NCBI GenBank assembly: GCA_041690695.1
Contig: JBEPVZ010000003.1
Location: 13,633 to 77,632 of the forward strand
Source: Candidatus Daviesbacteria bacterium
Lineage (GTDB): Bacteria > Patescibacteriota > Microgenomatia > Daviesbacterales > UBA10151
Reading direction: 5' to 3'
DNA length: 64,000 bases
The position numbers and the translations under genes were made by a program. The notes under the pieces were generated by a model. It was given only the letters and a program-made list of their open reading frames with translations. It did not search any database and was not told where the DNA came from. Numbering within the stretch: the first letter of the stretch is position 1; each line of letters starts with the position of its first letter. Below are positions 48,777-59,160 of this stretch, one piece after another.

Positions 48777-51700
48777 ATGTCTGAACCAAACACTCCTAGT
48801 CCTATCGTAGCTCCACCATCGACTCAAGCGTCCTCACCTCATACAAGTAAACTAGCGTTTTTTAAAACTCATAAAAAACTCGCCATTATTGGGGGCTATG
48901 TACTGGTTTTAATTTTAATTCCTTTAATATTTCTGGCGATCTCAGGTCAAAAAAAACAGCCGCAGACTAGTCCAACGGAGCTCGAAGTCGTTATACCTAA
49001 ACCAGGCGCCGCCAATCAGCCAAAGGTTGTTGCGGACGAGCTGATTGTTAAGTACAAGGCTGGCCAATCGCTTAATGAAGCCAGTTCTGCGGCCAATATC
49101 TTGCCTCTTCAAACCGCTGAGCAAGCTGCAGGCATGGCTAGCCAAGAGCCACTTTATCTCTCAGATGACCCTAGTTTAAAAGAGTTTTACGTTTTTAAGC
49201 TCAAAAATGGCACCAATTTAGATCAATCTCGAAAAGCCTTAGCTCAACTTCCCCAAATTGAATCAGTTGAAGTCAACCCGATTCTGTCACTACAAGAGCA
49301 AAATCAGGTCACGATGTCAGTTGCACCTAATGATTACTTTTATCCCCAACAATGGAACTTACAAAAGATTCAGATCGAGAAGGTCTGGCAACAATATACT
49401 TTAGGTTCAAAAGACGTTTCGATCGCCTTAATTGATGGCGGAGTTGATCCGACTCATCCTGATCTTCCTCGAGATATTACGATCGGTAAAAACTTTATTA
49501 GCGATTCCCAAACGGATCATGACCACGCCACCGGCTTAGCTGGAATTATGGTCGCTCAAACCAATAATAAGATTGGTATTAGCGGGATTAGCCCGGGAGT
49601 TCATTTAGTCTCTTTTCAAGCTTGTAGTGATTTAGATCCTCAATTTTGTAGCATGGTTTCGATCGATCGGGCAATTGAGACCGCTGCAAATACTAAAGGG
49701 GTCAGAGTTATTAATATCAGTATTGAGGGCGAAAATACCCAAGATGGGGTTAATATCGGTTGCCCAAGCTTTACCCAAGCTTCAATCACTAAGGCCACTC
49801 AGGCCGGAGTGCTGGTCGTCGCTAGCTCTGGTAATGGCATTGATAATCATGGTAAAGCGGTTGATGCCAAAAGCATGAATATTGGAACTTGTGTCGGCGT
49901 TTTAATGGTTGGGGCGACTACCATTACCAAAAATGGCGATCAAGAAGTTGAGAAACGAGCTAACTATTCAAATTACGGATCCTCAGTTAAATTATCCGCT
50001 CCAGGTGGAAGCATTCCAGATCCAAGTAATCCAAACGATCCGCTTAATCATGGTATTATCTCGCTTGGCAAAACCAAACCCGATCAAAAAGGTCCACGCT
50101 ACACCCAAGCTTCTGGAACTTCAGATGCTGCCCCTGAAGTTAGTGCCGTTGCGGCGCTGCTCTTCTCAGTCAAACCCAGCTTAACCGCCGAACAAGCCAC
50201 AGATTGTTTAATTCAAGGCGCTGATACTATTCAAACTGATTTGCCGATTGGTCCAAGATTAAACGCTCTGGGAGCATTTAAAGCTTGTGGGATTAAGCCA
50301 ACTAATTATCCATCAGCTAATTCGGCTCCAACAGTCACACCTACAATCACCCTCTCCCCCTCTGACACAGTCACTGAAGGCAGTAATATTCAAATAACCT
50401 CAAATTTAAATGGCGAGATCGGTCAATTAGTCGCATTTAAATTGTGTTTTGAAGGCCCGGATAAATCTAACTTAAACTCTGACAAGAGCTGTTCTGGATT
50501 AATTGCCGGAACAACTTTACCGGCCCAAGCCATTAATAAAAGCTATGGCTATTACCAAGTTTATGGAATGAGTTGTCAAACAACCGGTAGCGCCCCAAGC
50601 TTGACCTGTGATCCCACTGTTCGACCAACCCAAGAGGCATGGAGCCAGCCGATTCAATTAGTCAAAGCTGGCAGCACCGGTGGGACTGGTGGCACCACCA
50701 CCCAACCTTCCACCACTCAGACTGGTCTGAATAAGATTCAACACATTATCATCATGGTCAAAGAGAACCATACCTTTGATAACTATTTTGGAACATTCCC
50801 TGGCGCCAATGGCACCACCACCTACCCTGGCCCAGATGGTAATCCGAAACCGTTGGCCCATGATCCTGATTCTTTACTAAATGATATTAATCACGATCCA
50901 GCCGCCGCTCACCTAGCTTACGATTCTGGCAAAATGGATAATTTCAAAAATATTCCAGGAGCAATCCAAGATGGTCATGACTATTCTGATGGCCAATATT
51001 ATCAGGCTGATATTCCAAATTATTGGGCTTACGCTCAAAAATATACTTTACATGATAACTTTTTTACCAACATCCTTGGACCGAGCTTTGAAAATCATCT
51101 TTTAACTATCGCTGGAGATAATCCTAGCAATGTCGATGGTAATCCCCAAGGCGATACTAATCCCAACCACAACAATGGTGCCGGGGTTTGGGGATGTGAT
51201 TCAGCTTCCAATACCCAAGTCGAGAAACGAGATGGCAATGGTAGTATCACTACGACTTATCCCTGTTTTGACTTGCCAACTTTAGGCGATAGTCTAAATA
51301 AAGCTAATATCTCTTGGAAATATTATGCCCCAGCCCAAAACCAGCCCGGTTATCAATGGTCTGCCTACGATGCTATTAAAGGTATCCGAAATTCAGATCA
51401 ATGGTCTACGCATGTTGTTGACTCTGACCAGTTCCAAAAAGATGCTGCTAGTGGTAATTTACCAGCCGTTAGCTGGCTAGTTCAACCGTTTGACGTTAGT
51501 GATCACGCACCTTCGAGTGTCTGTCAAGGTGAAAACTGGACAGTCGATCAGATGAACGCGATTATGGGTAATTCGAACTCATGGGATAACTCAGTCGTAA
51601 TCTTAACTTGGGACGATTTTGGGGGCTTTTACGACCATGTTACCCCTCCCAAAGGACCTAATGGCGAGATTATGGATGGCTTTAGAGTTCCAGCCTTAAT

Positions 51701-52640
51701 TATCTCCCCTTATGCTAAACCAGGCTTTATTGATCATACTCAAAACACCTTTTCATCGATTCTTAAATTCGTCGAGAATCGCTATGGTTTACCACCTCTT
51801 GGCTCTCTTGATAGTGCGGCAACCGATTTCAGTAGCTCACTTGATTTCAATCAAACCCCACTCTCAGCTCTAACCTTAAAAACCAGAAGTTGTCCAGCCA
51901 CAACTCAAGAGAAATCAGGATCAGCCACGACTCCTGTTCCACCCGTCAAGACTCCTCCGACCACTCCACCGTCAAGCTGCTTAATCAAGATTGGACCACT
52001 CTGTATTCCGAGTTTGCCTAAAATTACTTTTCCGACCTTACCAAAGATTGATCCATCCGCAATTTGTAAAGTTCTTCATACCTGTTCGAACCCCAAACCA
52101 GACACAAACACTTCACCCGCCAGCTCATCGGCCACCCAAACTAACCCACCTCCAGCTCAAAACCAATCTAGTGTCGATTTACCTTCGGCTCTCTTTAAAA
52201 CAGTTAAAGTCACACCTGAGGATGGCAAGCTTGATAGCTTAATTAGCGCCGACATTAATTTATCAAACACCCAGTCTCATCAATATAAATTCCATTGGTG
52301 TGCTAGCCCAGCTAATATTGCTCCTCATGAGATCTGTAACAATATTACTAACTATTTTAACTTTGCCAGAACCGATCCAGCGACAGGCACAATTGTTAAT
52401 GATCATATTACCGGCCAATTTAGCCCATCCTTAATTTGGAATCCTGATATCGTAGTTTCCAATCGCGCTCCAACCAACGCCTATTATGGAACATATTTCC
52501 TTGAAGCCGACGTCTGTAATACTCAACCCAATGGCAAATGTAATAACTCTAAAAATGAGGATGTTTGTAGCATTATCCGAAATGATGAGTGTGTTAATTA
52601 TGACCATTTCTCGGTCAAGTTTAATTTAAACCAACAATGA
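48777..52640 (+). CDS. S8 protease - phosphoesterase (phospholipase C/AcpA family) fusion
   Basis: TM; triad LIDGG / HATGLAG / GTSDAAP; then [53 protein letters not shown]; C-terminal domain shared with 43242. Confidence 0.9.
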   Translation: MSEPNTPSPIVAPPSTQASSPHTSKLAFFKTHKKLAIIGGYVLVLILIPLIFLAISGQKKQPQTSPTELEVVIPKPGAANQPKVVADELIVKYKAGQSLNEASSAANILPLQTAEQAAGMASQEPLYLSDDPSLKEFYVFKLKNGTNLDQSRKALAQLPQIESVEVNPILSLQEQNQVTMSVAPNDYFYPQQWNLQKIQIEKVWQQYTLGSKDVSIALIDGGVDPTHPDLPRDITIGKNFISDSQTDHDHATGLAGIMVAQTNNKIGISGISPGVHLVSFQACSDLDPQFCSMVSIDRAIETAANTKGVRVINISIEGENTQDGVNIGCPSFTQASITKATQAGVLVVASSGNGIDNHGKAVDAKSMNIGTCVGVLMVGATTITKNGDQEVEKRANYSNYGSSVKLSAPGGSIPDPSNPNDPLNHGIISLGKTKPDQKGPRYTQASGTSDAAPEVSAVAALLFSVKPSLTAEQATDCLIQGADTIQTDLPIGPRLNALGAFKACGIKPTNYPSANSAPTVTPTITLSPSDTVTEGSNIQITSNLNGEIGQLVAFKLCFEGPDKSNLNSDKSCSGLIAGTTLPAQAINKSYGYYQVYGMSCQTTGSAPSLTCDPTVRPTQEAWSQPIQLVKAGSTGGTGGTTTQPSTTQTGLNKIQHIIIMVKENHTFDNYFGTFPGANGTTTYPGPDGNPKPLAHDPDSLLNDINHDPAAAHLAYDSGKMDNFKNIPGAIQDGHDYSDGQYYQADIPNYWAYAQKYTLHDNFFTNILGPSFENHLLTIAGDNPSNVDGNPQGDTNPNHNNGAGVWGCDSASNTQVEKRDGNGSITTTYPCFDLPTLGDSLNKANISWKYYAPAQNQPGYQWSAYDAIKGIRNSDQWSTHVVDSDQFQKDAASGNLPAVSWLVQPFDVSDHAPSSVCQGENWTVDQMNAIMGNSNSWDNSVVILTWDDFGGFYDHVTPPKGPNGEIMDGFRVPALIISPYAKPGFIDHTQNTFSSILKFVENRYGLPPLGSLDSAATDFSSSLDFNQTPLSALTLKTRSCPATTQEKSGSATTPVPPVKTPPTTPPSSCLIKIGPLCIPSLPKITFPTLPKIDPSAICKVLHTCSNPKPDTNTSPASSSATQTNPPPAQNQSSVDLPSALFKTVKVTPEDGKLDSLISADINLSNTQSHQYKFHWCASPANIAPHEICNNITNYFNFARTDPATGTIVNDHITGQFSPSLIWNPDIVVSNRAPTNAYYGTYFLEADVCNTQPNGKCNNSKNEDVCSIIRNDECVNYDHFSVKFNLNQQ

Positions 52641-53197
52641 CAAAATTAGCCTTATCACTTCCAGGTTTCTCAGACGCGATTGATAGTCCGACCAAACAAG
52701 CTAAACCTCAATTTCAAGATCTTGGTTCCCTACTGTCTGGTGGATACAGTATCTTACTTTTGATTGTCGCTTTTTTAATGGTTTATTGGTTGTCTTGGGG
52801 AATCTTTCAATACATCTTTGCGGGTGGTGAGAAAGAAAAGTTAGCTCATGCCAAAAAGCGAATTACCTGGGCAATTGTCGGTTTTATAATCGTGGTTTTA
52901 GCATTTACGATTCGAGGGTTTGTCGAAGAAACATTTACCCCTCAAAACACCCTAACTCCCGTTAGTGTCCCCGGAGCCGTTTCGCCCAATCAAGCTCAAG
53001 GTAATTCGGGCAATAGTGGAGGTGGCACGACTGGCGGCGGAGTCAATCCGGGTAGTGGTACTGGAAACACTGGCAATCCTAATCAAGGCCAGCCTGGTGG
53101 AGGAGCTGGAAATGGCGGGTCACTTAGCTTGCCTGGTAGTGGTGGGACCTTTAAAGTTCAGGGTTATATTCCTGGCCAACACCTATTATCAAATTAA
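52637..53197 (+). CDS. Third pilin-like protein with short Gly-rich tail
   Basis: Same pilin core ([21 protein letters not shown]) plus a Gly/Asn/Ser tail. Confidence 0.75.
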   Translation: MTKLALSLPGFSDAIDSPTKQAKPQFQDLGSLLSGGYSILLLIVAFLMVYWLSWGIFQYIFAGGEKEKLAHAKKRITWAIVGFIIVVLAFTIRGFVEETFTPQNTLTPVSVPGAVSPNQAQGNSGNSGGGTTGGGVNPGSGTGNTGNPNQGQPGGGAGNGGSLSLPGSGGTFKVQGYIPGQHLLSN

Positions 53198-53200
53198 AAT

Positions 53201-53728
53201 TTACTCAGTTTTGGCTTCTTTTTGACGGATAACTTCGTATAAAAAGATAGCGGTTGCGACTGAGACGTTTAAACTCTCAGTTAATCCATACATTGGCAGA
53301 TAGATATTTTGATCAACAAGCCTTTGGGCTTCCTCAGTTAAACCAGTTGTTTCAGTACCCATCACGATCGCGACTTTGCCAATAAAATTCTGGTCCCATA
53401 AAACATGGGCTTTCGGATCGACCAAAGCTCCAACTGTTAAATAACCCTTTTCCTTTAAGTCTTTCAAGCACTCAGTAATTGAGTTGTGATACTCAACCTT
53501 TAACCACTTGGTCGCACCACTTGATGTTCCCATCGATAATTTTGGCTTTGAGCCGGGGGTATAAATAATATGAATCTGGCCCACTCCAAACGCCTCAGCA
53601 GTTCGTAAAATAGCTGAGATATTCTTATCTTCTGATAGATTTTCCAGAACCAGACAGAGGTCAGAACGACGCAACTCCATGATCTTGTCAATCCGGTCTT
53701 GCCTCGGTAAATCAGCGTAAGTTTTCAT
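53201..53728 (-). CDS. SpoU/TrmH family tRNA methyltransferase
   Basis: VLENL...NISAILRTAEAFG, MGTETTG, LPMYGLTESLNVSVA. Confidence 0.9.
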   Translation of the reverse strand: MKTYADLPRQDRIDKIMELRRSDLCLVLENLSEDKNISAILRTAEAFGVGQIHIIYTPGSKPKLSMGTSSGATKWLKVEYHNSITECLKDLKEKGYLTVGALVDPKAHVLWDQNFIGKVAIVMGTETTGLTEEAQRLVDQNIYLPMYGLTESLNVSVATAIFLYEVIRQKEAKTE

Positions 53729-53735
53729 AAACTGC

Positions 53736-53743
53736 AGTATACT
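53736..53743. promoter_or_regulatory. Palindromic bidirectional -10 element (AGTATACT)
   Basis: Gives TATACT on both strands, 6 and 7 nt before the two divergent ATGs. Confidence 0.65.
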
Positions 53744-53749
53744 AAACTT

Positions 53750-54649
53750 ATGCCAATTCTCAAAAAACTGTTCTTTGCCCCCTTCTTTTTTCTGTTCACT
53801 TTCCTACTCTATTTTGAATTGAGTGAGATCATCCTTAATCCAAACTTTTTATTTTCACTTGACCTCGGAGTCTTTTGGCAGCTCTTAGTTTTATCCGGAC
53901 TTTTTTTAATGGTCAGTTTATTTTTTAGTTATTTTGCGATCTTAAATAACGACTGGCGGTTAAGTTTAGGCACGATTGGAGTTAGTATCTTCATCCCCTT
54001 GCTAGTTTTTCGCCCCAAAGGCGCAGCCATTATTGGGTTTCTTAATGCGATCTGGTTTGGCTTTAGTTATTGGAGTATTCAACAAGATTTAAAAACTAGC
54101 TTTGACTTTCAAGCTTCAAAATTAATTAGCCCAGCAGTTCGGAACCTGGCCACCTTATTAGTTCTGACCGCCTCGATTCTCTACTTTTTGGGCGTTCGTG
54201 ATCAATTAGCAGCTAGTAATGGCTTTCAAGTTCCCGACTCACTAATTGACAGTGCCATTAAATTGAGTGGTCAAAGCACTCCGACGACGGAGACCCCCGA
54301 TTCGACAAGTTCTTTAAGCCAGCTGGTTCCAGCAGATCAATTAGATCAACTTAAACAGCTTGGGATTGATCCCAAAAGTTTAGAACAAGTTAGTTCGTCA
54401 CAACTCGCGGCTGGAACTGATACCATCAAAAAACAGATTAAAGATCAGATTCAAAAAACGATCGCCCCTTATCAACCTTTTATCTCCTATCTGTTAGCAG
54501 TCTTGTTTTTCTTTACCTTAACTTCATTTGTAGCGTTGTTAAAACTCCTCATCCGTCCACTAACAGCTTTAACTTTTTATCTCTTAAAAGAAACCGGATT
54601 TATAAGCTTTACGATTGAGATGAAACCTGCCAAGAAGTTAAACGTTTAG
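53750..54649 (+). CDS. Integral membrane hypothetical protein
   Basis: About 6 hydrophobic segments and a Gln/Ser-rich loop. Confidence 0.7.
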   Translation: MPILKKLFFAPFFFLFTFLLYFELSEIILNPNFLFSLDLGVFWQLLVLSGLFLMVSLFFSYFAILNNDWRLSLGTIGVSIFIPLLVFRPKGAAIIGFLNAIWFGFSYWSIQQDLKTSFDFQASKLISPAVRNLATLLVLTASILYFLGVRDQLAASNGFQVPDSLIDSAIKLSGQSTPTTETPDSTSSLSQLVPADQLDQLKQLGIDPKSLEQVSSSQLAAGTDTIKKQIKDQIQKTIAPYQPFISYLLAVLFFFTLTSFVALLKLLIRPLTALTFYLLKETGFISFTIEMKPAKKLNV

Positions 54650-56770
54650 GGGCTTTAGTTCTCCCCAATTTTTACCGGTTTTCAAACTGACTTCGACTGG
54701 AATTGATAATTTAAGGGCATTGATCATTTTTTCTTTAACAATTTTAGCTAATTTTTCAACTTGATCCGGCTCACATTCAAACAACAGCTCATCATGGACT
54801 TGGAGGATCATTGCAGAATCACCAATCTCCTTATCGATATCGATCATGGCTCTCTTAATCATATCGGCCTGGGTGCCTTGAATAGGCATGTTAATGGCCA
54901 TTCGCTCACCAGCTGACCTCATCATTCTATTGGCAGCTTGAAGCTCAGGAATATAGCGTCTACGGCCCCAGATCGTCTCGACATAGCCATGTTTAACACC
55001 CTCTTCAACGATTTGTTGCATCCAAGCTTTAACCTTTGGATATTCTGCAAAGTATTCTTCGATATAAAGTTTGGCAGTCGCATAATCAACTTTAAGTTGC
55101 TGGGATAAAGCTCTTGGGCCTTGACCGTATAAAGTCGCAAAGTTCATGGTTTTACCAACCATTCTCTGCTCTTTACTAACCTGATCAACCGGGATCTTAA
55201 AAATTCTAGCAGCGGTTGAGGCGTGAATATCAGTCCCATCCAAAAAGGCCTTCTTTAAACCAGGATCATCAGCCAAGTGGGCCATAATTCGCAGTTCAAT
55301 TTGAGAATAATCTGCCCCCAGCATGACTTTGCCTTTGGGAGCGATAAAAGCTTTTCTGAGCTCTGAACCCTGTGTTCCTCGAATCGGAATATTCTGCAAA
55401 TTTGGATCCTGTGAGCTGAGTCGACCAGTGGCAGCACCCTCAACATTAAAGGTCGAATGGATTCGTCCATCCTCACCAAAATAGCGTGGTAGTGAGTCAA
55501 TATAGGTTGAAACCAACTTAAAGAGTTGACGATATTCTAATATTTTGGGGATGGCGGGATGAGCATCATAGAGCTCGGTTAAGGTTGCCTCATCAGTTGA
55601 TCGACCGGTTTTAGTCTTACGGACTACTTCCAGATTTAACTCGTCAAATAAAACTTCTCCAAGCTGTTTTGGGCTACTTAAATTAAATTCATGGCCAACT
55701 GAGTTGTAAATCTCTTTCTCGAGCGTTGCCAACCGATCTTTCAAAGTTTTGCCCATCTGAGTAATAAAAGCTTGGTCAACTAAGATGCCAGTTTTAGTCA
55801 TCTTTTTTAAGACCTCATCAACTTCCAAATCCAGGTTGGTGGTAGCTTTATTCTTCGGCAACACGACCTTGTCAGGCGGAGTCTCCATGGTGACAGATTT
55901 ACCACCATTAACTCGAGAGATTAAACTCTTAAAGTCGAGCTCTTCAAACAATTTAATCAGTTTTTTATGATCAAAATCCTTAGCTTGGGCTTTTTTAAGA
56001 TCTAGTTTAATTGGGGCATCTAAATCAATAGTCGCCAGTTGCTTACTCATAACCGCCGACTCAGCTCCCTCGGATAAAAGTTTTTGCATTCGCTCTGGCA
56101 AAGTTTTTAAGTTGTCAGTTTTATAGATCTCTTCAATACTATTAAACTGTTTAATTAATTTAGTAGCCGAAACTTCACCAATCCCTGGAACTCCCGGAAT
56201 ATTATCAGAAGAGTCCCCTGCCAGCGCTTTATAATCTATTAGCTGAATTGGCTGAAAACCAAATCGCTCCACAAACTCGGTAACCCCATAAAGCCCAACA
56301 TCGGATAACGTTTTCTTGGGCATTAACACCTTGACTCTGGGTTCAATAATTTGCATGATATCTCGATCACCAGTTAGGACAATTATTTCGAGATCCTTCT
56401 GACTAATCACAGCTTGGCGAGCCATTGTCCCAATTAAATCATCAGCTTCGTAGCCTGATAACTTAAATTCAGCCATATTTAAATCAGTCGCGACTTGATG
56501 AACCCGGTCATATTGGCTAGATAAGCCATCATCAGTTGGACCACGGGTAGCTTTGTATTGGGTATAGGCCTGATGGCGAAAGGTTGGACCCTTTTCATCC
56601 CAAGCGATGGCCACATAATCGGGCTTTAAATCATCAAGTGCTTTTAAAAGCATTAAACTAAAGCCATAGACGGCGTTAACGAGTTCACCTTTTGGGGTGG
56701 TTAAAGGCGGTGTGGCATGGTAGGCTCGGTGCAAGAGGGCATTGCCATCAATTAAGATCAGACGTTTCAT
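54638..56770 (-). CDS. polA: DNA polymerase I (no 3'-5' exonuclease domain)
   Basis: LIDGNALLHRAYHA, EADD, GDSSDNIPGVPGIG, TGRLSS, ADYSQIELR, QVHDEL; 710 aa. Confidence 0.96.
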   Translation of the reverse strand: MKRLILIDGNALLHRAYHATPPLTTPKGELVNAVYGFSLMLLKALDDLKPDYVAIAWDEKGPTFRHQAYTQYKATRGPTDDGLSSQYDRVHQVATDLNMAEFKLSGYEADDLIGTMARQAVISQKDLEIIVLTGDRDIMQIIEPRVKVLMPKKTLSDVGLYGVTEFVERFGFQPIQLIDYKALAGDSSDNIPGVPGIGEVSATKLIKQFNSIEEIYKTDNLKTLPERMQKLLSEGAESAVMSKQLATIDLDAPIKLDLKKAQAKDFDHKKLIKLFEELDFKSLISRVNGGKSVTMETPPDKVVLPKNKATTNLDLEVDEVLKKMTKTGILVDQAFITQMGKTLKDRLATLEKEIYNSVGHEFNLSSPKQLGEVLFDELNLEVVRKTKTGRSTDEATLTELYDAHPAIPKILEYRQLFKLVSTYIDSLPRYFGEDGRIHSTFNVEGAATGRLSSQDPNLQNIPIRGTQGSELRKAFIAPKGKVMLGADYSQIELRIMAHLADDPGLKKAFLDGTDIHASTAARIFKIPVDQVSKEQRMVGKTMNFATLYGQGPRALSQQLKVDYATAKLYIEEYFAEYPKVKAWMQQIVEEGVKHGYVETIWGRRRYIPELQAANRMMRSAGERMAINMPIQGTQADMIKRAMIDIDKEIGDSAMILQVHDELLFECEPDQVEKLAKIVKEKMINALKLSIPVEVSLKTGKNWGELKPLNV

Positions 56771-56778
56771 TACATTAG

Positions 56779-56991
56779 TTAAAGATCTTTAAACTCTACT
56801 TCAGTTAGTCCCATTTGACTGATAATACTTTTAAGAGTGCCTGGCTTTATTTCGTGATGATGAGGAATAACACAAGTCCGACGCGTTGATTCTTGCCACC
56901 AAATCTCGTGACTACCACCGGTATTTCTCCTAAAAGTAAAACCAGCCTTGCGAGCTTTTTTAATGATTTCGCGATAAGTTAGTGGCTTCAT
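56779..56991 (-). CDS. hicA: HicA family toxin
   Basis: AGF...GGSHEIW...VIPHH.EIKPGTLKSII. Confidence 0.9.
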   Translation of the reverse strand: MKPLTYREIIKKARKAGFTFRRNTGGSHEIWWQESTRRTCVIPHHHEIKPGTLKSIISQMGLTEVEFKDL

Positions 56992-57257
56992 GCTGCCATA
57001 ATAATTGGCAGGTTAGACAGGTTGGCAAGACTTTGTTCTTTTTGGAGCTTAAGGGGTATTTCTAAATCTTCTTCCTTATAAAGTTCTATTAAGGATTGGG
57101 CAACTCCTGTTATTTCTAAGATTGCTTCGTCAATTGTTTCTCCCTGAGCATAACAATCTGACCAAACTGGCGAACTCACCACAAAGCCGCCCTCTTTTTG
57201 AGCTTTAATAACAATTGGTAATTCATATTCAGAAACTCTTTCAGATTTCTTCAACAT
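56988..57257 (-). CDS. hicB: HicB family antitoxin
   Basis: EGGFVVSSP...CYAQGETIDEAI. Confidence 0.88.
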   Translation of the reverse strand: MLKKSERVSEYELPIVIKAQKEGGFVVSSPVWSDCYAQGETIDEAILEITGVAQSLIELYKEEDLEIPLKLQKEQSLANLSNLPIIMAA

Positions 57258-57278
57258 GTCGGTATTATATCATGGCTT

Positions 57279-59042
57279 TTAGCCTTTTAACTCACTCTGC
57301 TTCACGATCTCCGCATAAACTCCATCTTTGGCTAATAGCTCACGATGAGTACCTGATTCAAGCAACCTTCCCCGATCCATGACTAAAATCTGATCGGCTT
57401 TTTGAACGGTCGATAGCCGGTGGGCAATAATAACTTTGGTCATACTATGACTAGCCGACAGATCTTCCAAAGCTTTTTGAATCAAGCTTTCCGATAAAGT
57501 ATCCAAATGGCTGGTTGGCTCATCCATAATTAAGATCTTTGGTCTTGAGAACAGAGCTCGAGCAATAGCCAAGCGTTGTCTCTGACCACCTGACAGTTTC
57601 ACCCCACGCTCCCCAACTTTAGTTTGATAACCTTCATCAAGCTCCAAAATAAAATCGTGAGCGTAAGCTAACTTGGCGGCCACAATAACAGACTCTTTGA
57701 CATCTTCATAATTTTGTTTCCCAGCCGCGTACGAGATAACTTCCCAAACGGTTCGGCTTGGAACAGGTGAGTCCTGGAAAACCACCGAAGTTGTCGCTCT
57801 AAACTTGTCTAAATCTAGATCTCTTAAATCGTATTGACCATCAATGAAGATCCCGCCACTGGTCGGATCATAGTAACGGCTAATTAACTTGGCGATCGTT
57901 GATTTGCCAGAGCCAGATTTACCAACGATGGCGGTAAAACTACCAGATGGAATAGTAAAGGACAAATTGCTTAAAACTTTGCGTTTGTTATAGGCAAAGT
58001 TGACGTTTTTAAAGCCAATCTCCCCATGAATTTCGTCTGGAAAGATTGGTGCTTCAGCTAGTTTAATTGAGGATTTTTGAGCTAACAGATTCGAAATTCG
58101 CTCGACTGGTTCAGCCGCATCGGCGGCTCGGTTATAAATTCGACCAATTCGGTAAATATTAGAATAAGCTCGCTCAATCATATTGATTAAAAAGACTAAA
58201 CTTCCAACCGTTAACGCCCCATTACCAATTTCAACCATTCCTAAGACCAGCAAAACAATGTAAAAAATCTCCACGGTTAGACTCCGCCCAAAGCCAACGA
58301 TCATATGAGCTTTATATTCCCGAATTGACAGATCTTTAATATTTGACCAGATCGATTGGAATGACCTGTCTTCTCGACTCTCTTGAGCAAAAGCTTTGAC
58401 CACTGAAATATTAGTGATGGTATCCCCAATCTCGCCACTTGAGAATTCATAAGCGTCGTGACGTTCAGAGCGCAAATGCTTAGTAGCTTCGAAAAGTTTA
58501 TAAGTAATAAAGATAAAGGGGATCAACGACAAACTAAAGACGATCCCAATCTTCCAACTAGTTAAACCAATAAAGACTGAGCTGACGATCAGTTGCAATA
58601 CTAAAGGCTGAAGTTCAAAAGTGTATGAACCGACTAGTTCAATTAACTTATCGGCGCCTTTGTTAACCATGTTAATCTTGGTTCCAGTATTAACCCGCTC
58701 GTGATAATCGATTGATAACTCCAGTAATTTCGAGAAGGCAGTCGTTGAGACGTGACGGTGAGCCCGAAGAAGCATCAACTCGATAATGACATCAGTAATG
58801 TAGTCAATAACTAACGAAACAAACCTAACTCCAGCTAATCCGCCGACAATGACCACCGCCGTTTGGAAGCTTAACTTACCATTACTTTTGATTAAAACAT
58901 CCAAAATTCGGCCAAATAAGTATGGCCCACCCATTCGGATGGTTTCAAATAGAACAGTGACAAAGAAAATCGCATAGAGCGTTCTATGAAATGGCTTCAT
59001 TAACTGCCAGGTTTTAGTAATAAGAGAACTTTTTAGCTTCAT
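57279..59042 (-). CDS. ABC transporter fused permease/ATPase (MsbA/MdlB-like)
   Basis: TM domain, GKSGSGKS, LSGGQRQR, MDEPTSHLD, AHRLST. Confidence 0.93.
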   Translation of the reverse strand: MKLKSSLITKTWQLMKPFHRTLYAIFFVTVLFETIRMGGPYLFGRILDVLIKSNGKLSFQTAVVIVGGLAGVRFVSLVIDYITDVIIELMLLRAHRHVSTTAFSKLLELSIDYHERVNTGTKINMVNKGADKLIELVGSYTFELQPLVLQLIVSSVFIGLTSWKIGIVFSLSLIPFIFITYKLFEATKHLRSERHDAYEFSSGEIGDTITNISVVKAFAQESREDRSFQSIWSNIKDLSIREYKAHMIVGFGRSLTVEIFYIVLLVLGMVEIGNGALTVGSLVFLINMIERAYSNIYRIGRIYNRAADAAEPVERISNLLAQKSSIKLAEAPIFPDEIHGEIGFKNVNFAYNKRKVLSNLSFTIPSGSFTAIVGKSGSGKSTIAKLISRYYDPTSGGIFIDGQYDLRDLDLDKFRATTSVVFQDSPVPSRTVWEVISYAAGKQNYEDVKESVIVAAKLAYAHDFILELDEGYQTKVGERGVKLSGGQRQRLAIARALFSRPKILIMDEPTSHLDTLSESLIQKALEDLSASHSMTKVIIAHRLSTVQKADQILVMDRGRLLESGTHRELLAKDGVYAEIVKQSELKG

Positions 59043-59160
59043 AACTACCCAAGAAGCTGGTTACAGACGATAAAAAATAGTAAGGTTAATACCGCCAAGT
59101 TGTTTTGCCAATTTCATGGGACAAAGTCAAGTTTAGGGACAAGCAATTAAAAAGTCAAAC

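Noticed and set aside
54638-56770. Short PolA as a pseudogene
   Set aside because: The ORF is continuous with intact 5'-nuclease and polymerase motifs; clean loss of the proofreading domain is a known variant
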